DNA of 62,030 nucleotides, the filler included, from Sphacelaria rigidula (Eukaryota): the NCBI GenBank assembly GCA_964200075.2. It is 11 parts of 11 records of this genome, joined end to end, with 100 filler letters (N's around TTAATTAATTAA, not from the genome) between each part and the next. Parts side by side here need not be neighbours in the genome. Positions count along the whole stretch, not along the records: positions 11,299 to 16,846 come from CAXNAA020026429.1; positions 16,947 to 22,494 come from CAXNAA020026430.1; positions 22,595 to 28,142 come from CAXNAA020026431.1; 8 more parts are not named here. One strand, 5' to 3'. Positions 12,701-25,666 of the stretch are shown here, piece by piece (the first letter of the stretch is position 1; each line of letters begins with the position of its first letter). Below the pieces are notes generated by a model. That model searched no databases, was not told the origin of the DNA, and saw only the letters and a list, made by a program, of their open reading frames with translations. The position numbers and the translations under genes were made by a program.

Positions 12701-13882
12701 TATGTACGTTTTACGGCCGGCCCAGCTCGTACACTCTTCAAACCACAAGGCTACAAGTAACCCTTTGAACGTGCTTCCGGGCATTGACCGCCTATACCCT
12801 AGTGTCACACATGACAATAAGTTGGAACTACGGCACCGTTCGAACTGAGATTGAGTTTTCGTGCAAGGACAATGATCATGAAGGTTTTGCTACAGACTGG
12901 ATACGACAGTAATGGCAGCTCTGTGTTTCTCCGCTGTGATGTGCGGCGCTATGGTTCGTTGATGACCGAAGGAGAAGGGTCCGGGAGCCGATCGTGAAGA
13001 AGAAAACGAGCTTGCCGCGTGAAGCCCGCCCGCATTTATTGTGCTTCGTATGCCAGTGTACCTTCTTGCCGTGTATTAGGCCTCCATCTAACTGCACACT
13101 ACTTTTGAACAGGGTGGACACGAGCATACTTGGGGGTAGTATTAACGGGGACTTTTCTCGCCGACTTTTCCGACTTTACGCGAAAAATTGGAGTCTCTTC
13201 CTAACTTTTCAAAGAGATTAAAAAAAAAGAGAGGAAAATAATCCGACGCAATATTTTCGGAGTAATCTGTAGTCAGTCCGATACTGATCTACTGCCTCAC
13301 CTGGTGGAAGAATCTGCTCTCATACGTTTCAGGGAGGCAGTGTTCTTTTATTTCAAGTCGGAGATCTCGTCCGAAGGGAAATATCTATTACCCCTTTTGG
13401 AACTCACAATGGAATGTGGATCATTTCCATGTGACGGTTTTTGAGAAAGATATGGTTGATTGTTTACAGCTCAGATGCAACAACATTCACCCAATGCGTA
13501 TTTTTCAGACCCGTGCGAGTGACAAGTAGGACAAAAGAAGGTTTCCTATTTACCGATGTGCCGTACCAGGCCCTGAAACCCATTGCTGTGTATCGAATGG
13601 AATGTTTTATGGTGCTTTTGCTAATTATTGTTGATGGATAAAACTGGACGAACTTCATCCATTGCGACGTATGATTGGACAGACCTCACCCGACCTCTCC
13701 AGGGAGGACATTCTTCCTGCACCCGCCGCGTGTGTTACTGGATTCTTCTTCGCTTTTCCATTATACAATGGTTGCCGTCGGCTTTTTCTGCCTCCATATT
13801 TTCCTCTTTGTCAGGGATTATCATAATGAGGCATTTGGTCCGGGGACATGAGGGGACGGTTGCAAAAGGTTCAATCATGCCC

Positions 13883-13884
<2 letters not shown>

Positions 13885-13954
<70 letters not shown>

Positions 13955-14296
13955 GTTATCCCATCTATTCTGTACGACAGTTTGCACCATTCGTTTTCTG
14001 TGGGCGTATCAGCTGGGGTAACGCAGGAGGAAGGTTAACAGAGGAGTTTTTTCATTTTGTTCTAGTATTCCACCTTCCCTCTTCGGTGCTCGCCTCTATT
14101 TTCATTCCGAGACGGTTCAGCGGTCCCTTTCCCTCGTCGACCGCGAAGTCGAATTTTGTGTACCCACGACCAACTCGCTATCCACTGTTGGGCATGTGTG
14201 AAAAATCACAGATCGTGTGACTTCACCGAGATTCGAACCCACGCCCCAACCGTCAGAAGATTTCCAGGTTGCCAACCGAGCCACCAGGGCGACCGG
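13885..14296 (-). mobile_element. tRNA-derived SINE with (CA)n tail
   Basis: On the minus strand: A box TGGCTCGGTTGG, B box GGTTCGAATC, a conserved body, and a long (TG)n tract at 13885-13953. Confidence 0.85.
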
Positions 14297-17200
14297 CAAT
14301 CCCCCTACTCGCGCCAAAAGGCAGTGATTCACCGTATGTACCGTGGTTTACAGAGTCCGGCCTGGTCTTACAACGTAGCTCCGTTCTGCCCACACACTCG
14401 CGGACTTCAGCCAAGTTGAGTTCTGTATGTTTTCCAGGCGATGTCGAGGTACAAGCTCCAGTCTTCCGCAATGCACCACAAAATATCTTGTTGTGGTGGA
14501 ACAACACTGATACAGCGTACGAGCGCAGTCAGGAAGTACATACTCGTACCAATTACTGCGAAACAGCAACAAAAGGACGGTGAACATGCCACAGCATCAT
14601 AACCAACTACGCACCAGGCAATGTTTTTGGGGGGTTTTCACGTTGGACTACTATTCATGAGATGGTCAACAGGTAGCCCTTCCAAGCCTCCGGAAGCGTT
14701 TCAGACGCTCTTCTAGCTCGCTTTCGTTTGTGATGTATCCACGTCTACCCTCGGCACCCCACGTTAGCTCTTTTTCCCCTCCCAAAAGCCTCTGGGCGGT
14801 TACACGATCGTCATGGCAGCTGGGCAGCGACCACTGCATGCATACTGATTGGGTGAACCGCGCAGTCAATTCATCAACGTGAACAACTGACCGCATGGCA
14901 CAGCACGCACAACAGATCTGCACCATATTACACACTGCGACAGTCAGCAAACGTGCAGTACCTTGTAGCACTCTCGGAATACGAGTGGGAATTCCCCCGC
15001 ACCCGCCGAAAGAGGCAGAGGTCGTACTGTCGGCGTATACGGTATATAACACCCCCATAACACATCTTGCGCAACCTTGATTCATCGAGAGAGGGAAGCC
15101 CTGCACCAGCTGAAAACAGTTCGTCAATATATCGATATCCAAAAAATATTTCATGGAACGCTACTCTCGGTGTCAACGGTATTCTCCCCCCGAGAAAAAT
15201 GCTGTTGAAAATTGGATCACCACGTCGTGGTTAACTTGCTGTTGTTGATACGCATGTTTGCTGGTTGTCGGTTACCTGTAGAACTCGTAGCCTATTCTCC
15301 CGCTCTCTTCCATCGCTTCCGCGCTTATATATTTCTGCTCGATCTCCCTCATGTTTTTCGTCCGTCGAGTTCGTTATAATGTGCCGGGCTGCGCTGTGCT
15401 GTGGATACTTTTCGCCTTGCGATCAAGATCAAAACCCGCAACAAGTGCTCACGAAGAGTAACGATCCACACTCGATATGGTTTTCTCAGGCCCGCGGTCA
15501 TCACGAGAGCGAAATATGGAAATATGACACACAAGAAGTCAACGACACGCACTCCGTGAACTGTGTAAAGCACATGAACAAGTGCTTCAAGGTCAGCAAA
15601 ACAGTGAGCGTTATACAACCGGATGGTAGTTGATTTTTCTTCAACTGCACACACTGAAACAGGACCAAGCCTTTTGGTTGACAACGAGCCTGGGCCAGCC
15701 TATAATGGTACGGACCTAACGCTGCCACGGCCATAATATTTCGTCGACGCAGACGGATTGGGCCGTGATCCGCACATCTCGTTGAATAATGTTTTTATCC
15801 AACGGCCAAAATATCGTAAAAATCGGGGTTCCAAAGCAAGCTCACGTTTTCCTCGGCGATGTTCGCGACATTGCTGTTCCGATATATATATATCAGAAAT
15901 ACATGTGGTACCCGGAGACGATGCTCATCAAGAGGACCAATAATGGATATTTCAGGGGTCTACGGGAGAAATTTTTCGGACACGCAGCCCCCCCCCTCCC
16001 CCTCCCTCCCGGATGGAATTTGTTGGGAAAATTGCATTCAAGAATAAATAAATTTATTGTTGCACAAAATTGTTCAATGAACACGGACAGAAACCAAAGA
16101 ATCTGGTGGACTTTGCGGGGTTCGTGTATTTGCTTTGACCGCTCTGTCCCGATCACTTCAGATGCCGGCCACGCTCACACACATGTATGTACACGAGCGC
16201 ACGGTAGCGACAGCCTGTAGCCAAAATAGCAACATTATCTCACGCCTCGCCAAACTTGCATAGGCTACTGGTAGGTGCTCGAGGCACACGACACGGAACA
16301 TGATCTCATACATATATATGTAATCATGGTAAGTGATGAGCTCGGGGGGGGGCGGCGTGTTCGCCATCTCAGCGGTCTCCATGCCAAGGATCTCTGCACA
16401 CGGCAACTGACCGCTTCCGCCAACGCCTCGGCAATAAACTAGGGGACATAAGGCTGGGTTCCATCCCCTACCCCCACATCAAAAACTCAAATTTTCGAAC
16501 TTGGAGCCTACGTGCCCCGAACTGCTCTCTCCGTAGACCCCTGGATCATGCATGCTCTCATGCTTCCGAGTTGGCTTTTCGGGGATGACAACATTATCCC
16601 ATGAAGCCACCACCACGCAACCACTAGACTATGAAGATTGAAAATTGAAATTCGCTGGCTCTAAAATGAAACCTGAGCGTGTACGCGGGTGAGCTGTTGC
16701 GAGTTCAGTGTAAACCTTGGACACCAGCCTCGTCCAACGCTTCGCCGGCTGACAGTCCCTCGATATCAAGTGGTTTCCAGATGGGGGGGGGGGGGGGGCC
16801 ACCATGATAATGCGGGCCAAAGTCATCAGACACTTGACCTCCCATCNNNNNNNNNNNNNNNNNNNNNNNNNNNNNNNNNNNNNNNNNNNNTTAATTAATT
16901 AANNNNNNNNNNNNNNNNNNNNNNNNNNNNNNNNNNNNNNNNNNNNGGGGGGGGGGGGGGGGGGGGGGGGGGGGCTAGAACGTTTGAGGGGGTGGAGCTA
17001 TCGTAGAAATAGTCTACTCGTTCTTGTTTCCAGAGATGAAGAAATGATACCGTTTGCATTTGGTGAGACGACACGTCTGATCGAACAGATTTACGTTCCT
17101 ATTCATCCGGTAAACCTGTCAAGTACGTTGCATACCCAGTTCCAGTTGAAGGGCATATGCGTGAGTTTGGGTGAGTCGCCGGTTTGATAGGTGGAAATAG

Positions 17201-18253
17201 CCGATTGACGTCCTCGTCTTTCTGGAGAGGTATCGAGAAGTGACTGATGCGATGTGTACATATGTAACAGATGAGAAGTTCGTCTCTCGCATGCGTTGGC
17301 AACGAGCTTGCTCCCATGCTGAGGTGTGCAAAGCTCGGGGGCAGGGAGGCTTCGATTGCCCTCTCTTTTCGTCATTTATGCCAATCAGCTTTCTAAAAAA
17401 TAATACGGTGATGAAACCCAAGCATCATACATTAGCGGCCCCACTTCAGCGTAGTATAGCGTACCCCGAGTTGGACCGCGCTCGAGTGAGACACCCACAC
17501 CTAAACCGCATACAAACTCACGTTACCTAACAATTAGCGTCAACCTCCGTCGGGGTTGAGCAAAAACAGCGGGCTGGGTCGCATTTAAGTGGGGGTCTGC
17601 ACGAAAAGGAGACTGCACTTCGGCAGGAGCTCCACTTGTACCTGGCGAGAAAAGTGAACCGTGAGCACCACTTCGTCGCCGATCCCCAGAGTGCCGGACG
17701 AAGGGGATCTCGTCACTTCGTACACGAAGGTCGCCTATTTCAGCGGGGGGGGAAAGGCGGGGAATATGGGAAGTATACGAGGAATATGCGTTGGGATTGT
17801 ACAGCAAGGGTTTTAGCAAATGCCATAGGACATCGAGAGCCTCTTAATCGACTGTCGTACAGGCCAAAATTAATCGTACAAAAGGGCACGGTTTTGATTT
17901 TTGCGATAGGTGATCCTTACTTGTGCCGTCACTAGGTTTCGTATACTACCTGTACCACTCATCACAGAAATATCACACCTTAGAAAACGCCGCGACGGGA
18001 GCATTGGAATTGTGAGAAAAAAACCCTTTCTGTATCTGACCACCGGAAAGACTGCTGTCTCGCTGATAACGATACCCTCCTCTTTTAAATCGTGTAAACA
18101 AGCTTTCAGAAGCGATTGTCGATTGGTTTGCCAGTACCTGCTCAGTTATCAATGCATGAATAATGATAATCTGTTCTGATTATGTTCATATTACTGATTT
18201 AACGGGACCATTTTTATTTCTGAATCTCCACGAGGAGATCATACTCTTCCCAC

Positions 18254-18398
18254 CTGGTCGGCAGCGTTAATCACAATATCTTCATTGTGACTGAGGCTTC
18301 CATTGTCGCCCGGTGTTGGCAGCAACGAATTCGCCACCGCCGAAGGATTGGAGCTCAGCCTCCGAATGTCTCCGGTGAGAGAGCTTGACTCGAGGTAC
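18254..18398 (-). CDS. Exon of large repeat-domain (Ig/adhesin-like) protein
   Basis: ag/gt bounded, phase 2 to 0. Encodes YLESSSLTGDIRRLSSNPSAVANSLLPTPGDNGSLSHNEDIVINAADQ, in frame with the upstream ...DDESDDLR. Confidence 0.8.
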
Positions 18399-19445
18399 CT
18401 TTTTGCGATCACAAATGCCAGGGTATCTTAGCAATACAGAGCGAGAGAGTCGGCAAAAATCGTGTTTGATATGCTGGGCTACGCGTCAACACACTCGTAA
18501 CACGAAATTGAAGCGAGGGACGCGAGCAACCAACAGGGGATGTAGCGCTTGAGATTGAATTCGTACGTACACGCACTTTTTGGGCTTGAGCTGCCGAAGA
18601 TCGCTGAAGCGCACGCATTCGGAGAATACTTGTGTTGTTTAACCGTTTTCACGAAACGGAGTGATGGCACGCTCACAGACGACGCGTAAACCGACACATT
18701 TCGTGTTCAAGAGAGCTCTACACTTGGAAGCGTTAACACAAGCAGGGGAATCTACATGAGTACGAGTTCATTGCGGCGGCGCGTTTTACTTAAAGTGCTG
18801 CCTTCGTGAGATATCATCTATGTATTCATCACTCTGTCCTCATTATATATGGTGACGCAAGTGGTATTCACCGTGCGATGGTATGCCTGCTAGCACGGGT
18901 CATATCGCGCCGCGCACGAAAGCGCACCACGTGAATAAGGTGTACCATGTAAATACTGCGGATCATGACTGAGCCGTCCGGGTTTAACCATTCGACGGCG
19001 ATATCGTAGTCCATGTGTACATGTCAGAACATGGAACCTTGTCTAACACGATGTTTCCATGGTAGAACAACGCTGCTGCAGTGCGGTAGGCGACCCCCCG
19101 ATTTCACTGCGTCGAAGTCAAAGGAGGTTAAATGACTCGTTGCGAGTCCTCAACCATTTTTTGTTCCAAGGCCGTTCCTTGCAATCTTCAACACGCGACA
19201 GTGCATGTGGAATAGTGTGTAAGGTCTGGATTAGGGGCGGGCGAACAATTCATCGTGTTGTATTTCATGTGCCCACCCTCCAAACAGCTGGTACGCAATG
19301 CCGCTGACACGTCCACATTATCCGAGCGTTAAAAACACGAATTAAAAATGAGTAGGAATAAACGAAGAGACACACACATATGTGCAGCACTCACAGAATT
19401 CTTCGCAAGCAGCGGCCTTACTATCAGGAAAAACTTGGGCATCAC

Positions 19446-19719
19446 CTGAGATCATCGGACTCGTCATCCGCCCCCACGATATAGGTGAAGTATAGCGACG
19501 ACGAGTTGTTGGCGACATTGTCGCCGGAGACGCTATCATTTCCAGATGACGTGTTCACCTCCGAGTACACGGCAGAAGCCGTCAAGTACGTCAAGGTTGC
19601 GGCCGTCGACGTAGATCCCACCACCACAGATAAGGCTGGTCGATTATCGGCGTCGGACGACGTCACCGGCATGGAAAAGTCCACCCGAATATCCACCTCC
19701 TCGTTGTACCCGAAAGGTC
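19446..19719 (-). CDS. Exon of large repeat-domain (Ig/adhesin-like) protein
   Basis: ccag acceptor and gtgat donor, phase 1 to 2. Encodes GPFGYNEEVDIRVDFSMPV...LYFTYIVGADDESDDL. Confidence 0.82.
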
Positions 19720-20739
19720 CTGGCACACCACACATACGAGTATATGAAATGTACATACAGTACACGCGAGTGTTCCGGATTTTGTTTACCTTTCGCTCGT
19801 CCATCTCATGAACAAAGATGGATTCCCCGGGGATCAGTCATGTGGGACAGCCAGTCAACCGATATCTGTAAGTCCATACGAACGAGCGAGGAATCTTTGC
19901 CCACGGAGTGGGGGAGAGAGGGTGTAAAGGTGTGCGCCTATGAACCACAGGGAGGGAGGATGCGATACAAGGGGAGGGAGTAGGAGGGGAACAGTATTCC
20001 GACACTTCTTCATGGTGTGAGCTTCCGAAGGCGCTTCAGCTAAGACAATAGACAAACATGTTGGTCCTCCTCGTCGCTACATGGCAATTCCTCTTTCGTG
20101 ATCGGTGCTGTGGACTACACCCCTTAATGCCTACACCGATGTATGCCAGGTGTCTTCTGTACGGGGCTCACGATCGGGACCGCAGCTTTCCCCACTCACT
20201 ATATTTGGTGTTGTCAAAACAAAAGATCGTAGGTTGCAGTCTAGCGCGAGGTGCGTGTGTTGTGCCCAACTCGCGTTCAAGTAGGTGGAGACGTCGACGT
20301 CCACGTACATCCGCGCGGGCGTCCCGATGCTATGCGGTTAATCCCCACCCCGCAACTGCATACAGTTGCGCTCACTTCACGTCATGACTGCATGTGCACA
20401 CAGGATCTATTTTGACACTCTGTGACCCTATGGCTTCGGGTGGCCAAAAGGGATCTTCTGGGTGTGTGTGGAGGGTAGTTGTTGATATGGTTTGTTTCGG
20501 CTTGCTGATTGTGTGGGAAGCAAAGCCACATCCCACGGGTGGTAGGCTGCTTCATATACTGAAACCAACCGAAGATTTTCAGGCCCCATACTATGATCTA
20601 GTGAAACGCTACCTGCCCTGGGTAACAGCTGTTGGTTTTGAATGAGGGTAAAGTAATGGAACACGGTACTACTTAGGCCAAAATGAAATATTTGTGTTGA
20701 ACTCAAACTATTCCACTCAACACCTGGCGTATCTCATAC

Positions 20740-20953
20740 CTTCACCAGTGACGCCGTGAACGCCAGTGACCACGGGCTGTGTCGAGTTGATCGTGATGTT
20801 GGTTCCGGCTGTCTTGAATGGCTGGTTGGGCAGAGTAAGATTTCCAGCGGTAATACTGCTCGACTGATGCCGCCGAACGTAGGATGAATCGTCCACTGAG
20901 ATGAGGGTATCGTTTTCGATGTCTAGCTCGATGGCCATGTCCGATGCCCCCAC
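20740..20953 (-). CDS. Exon of large repeat-domain (Ig/adhesin-like) protein
   Basis: aag acceptor and gtatga donor, phase 0 to 1. Encodes VGASDMAIELD...YVRRHQSSSITAGNLTLP...NITINSTQPVVTGVHGVTGE, paralogous to the 18254 exon (RR..S..ANLTLP..I.IN). Confidence 0.8.
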
Positions 20954-21443
20954 CTTGCAAGACCGATTGGTGGGCGATGGGTAAACACACAAGTCGTGGG
21001 TGGAATTCCGTGATTGGCAGGATTCGTCGTTGGGTTTGGGGCAGGGCAACGATGGAAAGGAGTGAATGGAACCGTGACCGGTTAAACCTACGTATGTGCG
21101 CTGGCACCCGAATAAGCAACAGCGTTAACGTGCTAAAGATATTCGACCACGCACGACAGAGAAACGAGCATATCGTACTGGAATATTTTTCTGGTTAGCC
21201 AATTTCTTCGTCAGAGCAATCCGATAGGTCGACAGTGTTTGCGCTGACGGGTGACATCACCCCATGGTCAGACGGACTGTGAGTTAGATTCCCCTGAGGT
21301 ACAGTACGTGTGCTGCTGGCGCCCGTTCAGATTGTAGCCGAGTCGCACCCGTCTCCACCTTGTTCCATTATGCGAGAAAAAATGGGACGATTTTCACAAC
21401 AGAGAACGATCGTTTCGACGTCGACTGTCTCACGATGTCTAAC

Positions 21444-21593
21444 CTGATAAAGGAATGGTAGGGTTTTGTGGTTGGCGCGCGCTGGCTTAGCAAACTCCGG
21501 GACGAATGCCTCGCAGCCCTCGTAGTAGTTCCACGGAACAGAAATTTCCGACGGGTAGCGCTGGTACGCTCCATCACCTTCCGCGAATTGAAA
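21444..21593 (-). CDS. Probable upstream exon of the same gene
   Basis: 150 nt, cag/gtt bounded, phase 0. Ends KTLPFLYQ, which joins VGASD to recreate the LxFxYxVGAxD repeat motif. Confidence 0.6.
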
Positions 21594-21702
21594 CTGCTCG
21601 AGTAAAACATTGAACAGTCTGGAGATATGAATATTTTGGAGAGCAGTAGTGTAGAATTGCAGTAGTGGGGTGCGGATAGGCCCTTCTACGGTCTAAGCTC
21701 AC

Positions 21703-21807
21703 GCGAATTAAATGGCGAAGGACTGTTTCCTGCGGCTGTACGACCAGGAGGTCGATAGCACCCCAGGCTCTTCTTGTATCTGTTACGGCTGGGGAGACGG
21801 TCTCAAC
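21703..21807 (-). CDS. Possible further upstream exon of the same gene
   Basis: 105 nt, catcag acceptor and gtgagc donor, phase 0. Encodes VETVSPAVTDTRRAWGAIDLLVVQPQETVLRHLIR. Confidence 0.45.
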
Positions 21808-22216
21808 CTGATGGGCACCGAACGATCTCTGTCCGGGACGCGTTGCAGCAGTGCAAAAGCTGAGCACCCCAACTTAGCGCTACTACAGTACAGGTGTACC
21901 TTCTCCAGGGATGTGGGGAAGAACCACCCACACCCACCGGAAAATAGTGTCGAGAGTTTATATCATATGGCAAAACTGTCTACTATACCCCCCCCCCCAA
22001 AAAAAGAACAGCCCAAAAGTGCCACGAAACAAATGGTCATACAGCGCCGGATGTTTGGGTGCAGGCTGTATGAAGCGCCTCATAGGGGCGACATTGGCGA
22101 GAACGAACCCAAGCGTGAGAATTCCCAGCTTCTCCTTGTGCTCCGCTTTTCCCACTTGGATTTACGTCAAGATTTTGCCTCCCCGAACCAGGCACGTTTG
22201 GGGGGGGGGGGGAAGG

Positions 22217-22494
22217 GGGCGTACTCATTTGTTGCTTGCCTTAGTCGTGTGACCATTGACACGGATCCCTTTCGAGACGGAGCACCGTTCCTACTTCTAA
22301 CAGAGACACCTCCAACATTCCGGCGCTCATTACTTTTCTTCCGCAGCTCATTACGTTCCTCCCATACATTACACAAAATCCTCTTGCATATCTTATCCCC
22401 GTCCTGTTTCGCCGTCTGTGGCCATCATCTATCTCCTAGTACAGCCATCGTTTTTTCCCTACTTTCTAATGCATCAAACAATTACATGCCACCT
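22217..22494 (-). mobile_element. LINE 3' end fragment
   Basis: High similarity to 5650-5890 (gaccattga...cctttcgagacggagca...ctaatgcatcaaac). Confidence 0.75.
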
Positions 22495-25400
22495 NNNNNN
22501 NNNNNNNNNNNNNNNNNNNNNNNNNNNNNNNNNNNNNNTTAATTAATTAANNNNNNNNNNNNNNNNNNNNNNNNNNNNNNNNNNNNNNNNNNNNCCTGTA
22601 ACAGCCGTTCACTAGGTTACACGTCATAAAAGGAAATCTCTCCGCACATGCCCAAATGGCGATCTCCACAAAAGGCGTTTATTTTGGTTACAGCGGGAGT
22701 TACACGTTAATTAATGGACCAATATGCTCGCGCGCTAGCAACTCCTACGACCTATACCCACGTACGGATGTTTTCTTGCCATATTCTGGTGCTCTTTGTT
22801 GTAGTGCGAAGAACCTGATCAAGACTGAGCTCGCCACAGTAGGACCCTCCCCATCCCAACGAAGCGAGCCTTAGTGTGCGGCCTCCCAAAACGTTTTTGG
22901 ACTGGAATGTGCACCCCTACCGTCGATTGAACCGCCATTGAAATATGTTTCGGATTGCACTCGCCCCCCCGTGTTGCGACGGACGGATAAAGATGCTCCA
23001 TCAAATTCCCCGCATCCTCCCGGCTCTTGTAGGCAAGTATTGTCGCGAGGTTGCGATTGTACCATCCGATCGGCAGGCCGGCACCATTTTTTAATGGGTC
23101 TTGCTATTTACGTCAGTGTTGACGCACTGTGTTACATCCGCCAACATTAACGTAATCTGTTACATCCGTCAGCGTTCAGCATCCGTCCCACAAGCCCCGC
23201 ATGGACACAGAAACACATGGAAAACACTCACACAGTCTCTAGCTATCGTTCAAGCCATCGCACGGAGCAAACGAATCCGCAGCGGATGAAATACGTGCTT
23301 AGCTGTCACAACGTTGTGCTACACACGATGCGCTGATAACAGATAGTGATTGAAAAGGCCGCAAGCTTCGAATAGGCAAGCCCGGGCGCCGGTCCACACA
23401 GCATGACGTTGTTACCGTGAAAGCTGAGGTCATGGGCTGTCTATAGGCAGCGGGAAGACTTGATTCGTATCCGTACTTTTCACAGCGGCAGCTTTGTAGA
23501 CTAAACGTGAGCCCGACACCGCAAGCGGGGGGCACTGCTAGCTCATATTAGCATGTGAGTTGTTCTTGCTGCTTGGCGCAGTTTATAGCCAGCGAGACAA
23601 TGTGAGCACAGAATTCGAAAGCCATAGATGCAGGGGCTACTCACGCGTGGTTTGGCCTGTACTGTACACGAATCATAGACCTGTCACGGAATTGTCTATA
23701 CATTCCTCTACGTGGTCAAAGCACAGTAGCACCGTACTGTGTTCACGCATCACCCGTGTTATACGCGTGGAGACTGCAGTCGGTAGAATATGTGACGGTT
23801 GGCGTGTAACGTATGCGGAGAAATACTCGCACACCTACATCTGTTGAGCACATATCAATCTATGCCCTATGCTCGAGCTAACTCCTTGTCTACCTTCCTG
23901 GTTTGTCTGGATTCTGTATCGTCTCGAGAAGCACCACCCTACCTGGACATTGAGCAGCCTGCAGAGCTTTGCACACTTGAGAGTTGTAACAAACCTCAAA
24001 ACGGAGCCGGCGCGCAAGCCGCTCAGCCAAGTCTGCTGCCAGCACAAAGCAGTGTTGGTGAGGGTCGGACTATGGCCTGATAGCACCGTCACACCGTGCT
24101 TTTCAGCCGAAGGAGCGTACACTTTACAGGGTGTAGCCTACTCTGTACAAGAGTACCCTCACAATTTTCGTCGGTCTTTGAGATGAGAGACGAGGGGGTT
24201 TTAACAATTCTATCCTCAGGTGTTCCACGCAAGACAAGTCATGACCGAGAGAGATGAGCCACATAGGTTCCCATATTCAGCTGTTTCACTCGGGTACGCA
24301 AGCAGGTGCATCATGGTAATGTAATGTTGAGAAACAGAGATTCCGTAATCAATGAATGACATAGGCTATCCCATTCCACCGCATTTCCCCCAAGATTCAG
24401 CGAAGTGCCGGGTGCGCAAGCTCCTGCAGTTTAAGCCATGTGAGAGAGCCCCGAATCTTTTTCTCTTCTGACCTCGTCTTTACCTTCTCTTATCGTGTTA
24501 TCTTCAGTGCAAAGGGATTCGTCCGCAATACCTGGGCGTTTTGCTTTTATTACTTTCAAAGGGTGTTCCATCGTCAATCCTGCAAGACTCATCTGTCAGG
24601 TTCTATTGTTTTTCCGAGATATGTTCACGGAGCATGCACGGACGGCTGGCTCAGTAGAGGTCATTTTGATGGATTGGCCAACGAAATGTACAGCATATTC
24701 CCGACGCTACCGTGAGAATATGCTGGCCATTATCAACACATACTCAATAATGGGCGAAAAGACGGCACCGTGAGAAGACGCCGACGCGAGTATTTTTTTT
24801 ACCAAAAAACAAGTACATGCGTATGGTCTTCACCGCTGCATTGTGCAGAAGAGACGACTGAGCCCCGATCGGAACTTCATACCGAGGAGTGAAGGAGATG
24901 GACAAGAGTGGCCGATTAATATCAAAATTAAGCAGCGACAAGGTGCACCGGGAGCAAACGATTCACCAACGCGTATGCGACGCGCAACCACTTCGTCTCC
25001 TGCAGCTCCTGCTGCCGACATTTTCGCGGCAAATATTAGACACGTACGGCAAACCAGGCGTGGAAGTATGGGGTCATAGTGGAAGGGAAAAAAACGGGGC
25101 TGTAGAGTGCTTGTGTTGGCACTGCGCAGTCGCAAAACATACAGGGGGAAAACAAGCAGTGCACAGCCCCAATTTTTCCCCTTCCACTAGGACTCCCTAC
25201 TGCCAATTTTGGGTTTCCGAATCTCTCAACTGTCAAACTCTACGTCAAGTGCTGCATTGGGATCTTCTTTCCCACACCTGGTGCAGTACACGTGGCCAAC
25301 GCACTCCCTACGCGTGAAATGTCGAGCACACATCATCCACCGTAACACACTGCGTAGTAGGTCACCGGAAATCGCTCCCTCTCGTAATACCTTTATCAAC

Positions 25401-25666
25401 AAACATAGTTACAGGTCGGCTCCACACAGTACCAGTAGCACGGGCAGGAGGTCGGGTGAACCGTACAACCGTTGCCCCCACCGTTAACCTCGCCACATGC
25501 ACCGTGATACACCGTCTACGTGTCCTACCAGTACTGACTGACAAAGCGGGGCACCGACAGCAAACATCAATTTTCCGATAAGAAGCTCAAAGAGAACATC
25601 GGCAACCCAGGGCGCGCGCGTCGATCATGCCACAACCTTTCCAGGGTGCACTTTCGCAGTCGACGA

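Noticed and set aside
13628..14220. ORFs with CVCVCV/THTHTH runs (also 31831-32291, 57521-57989)
   Set aside because: These are translations of SINE (CA)n tails.
17527..17641. Next exon of the repeat-domain gene
   Set aside because: It has good splice-like sites, but the required phase-0 frame contains a stop.
21712..22542. 276-aa plus-strand ORF
   Set aside because: A chance read-through of an antisense exon, a MITE and an antisense LINE fragment into the N gap.
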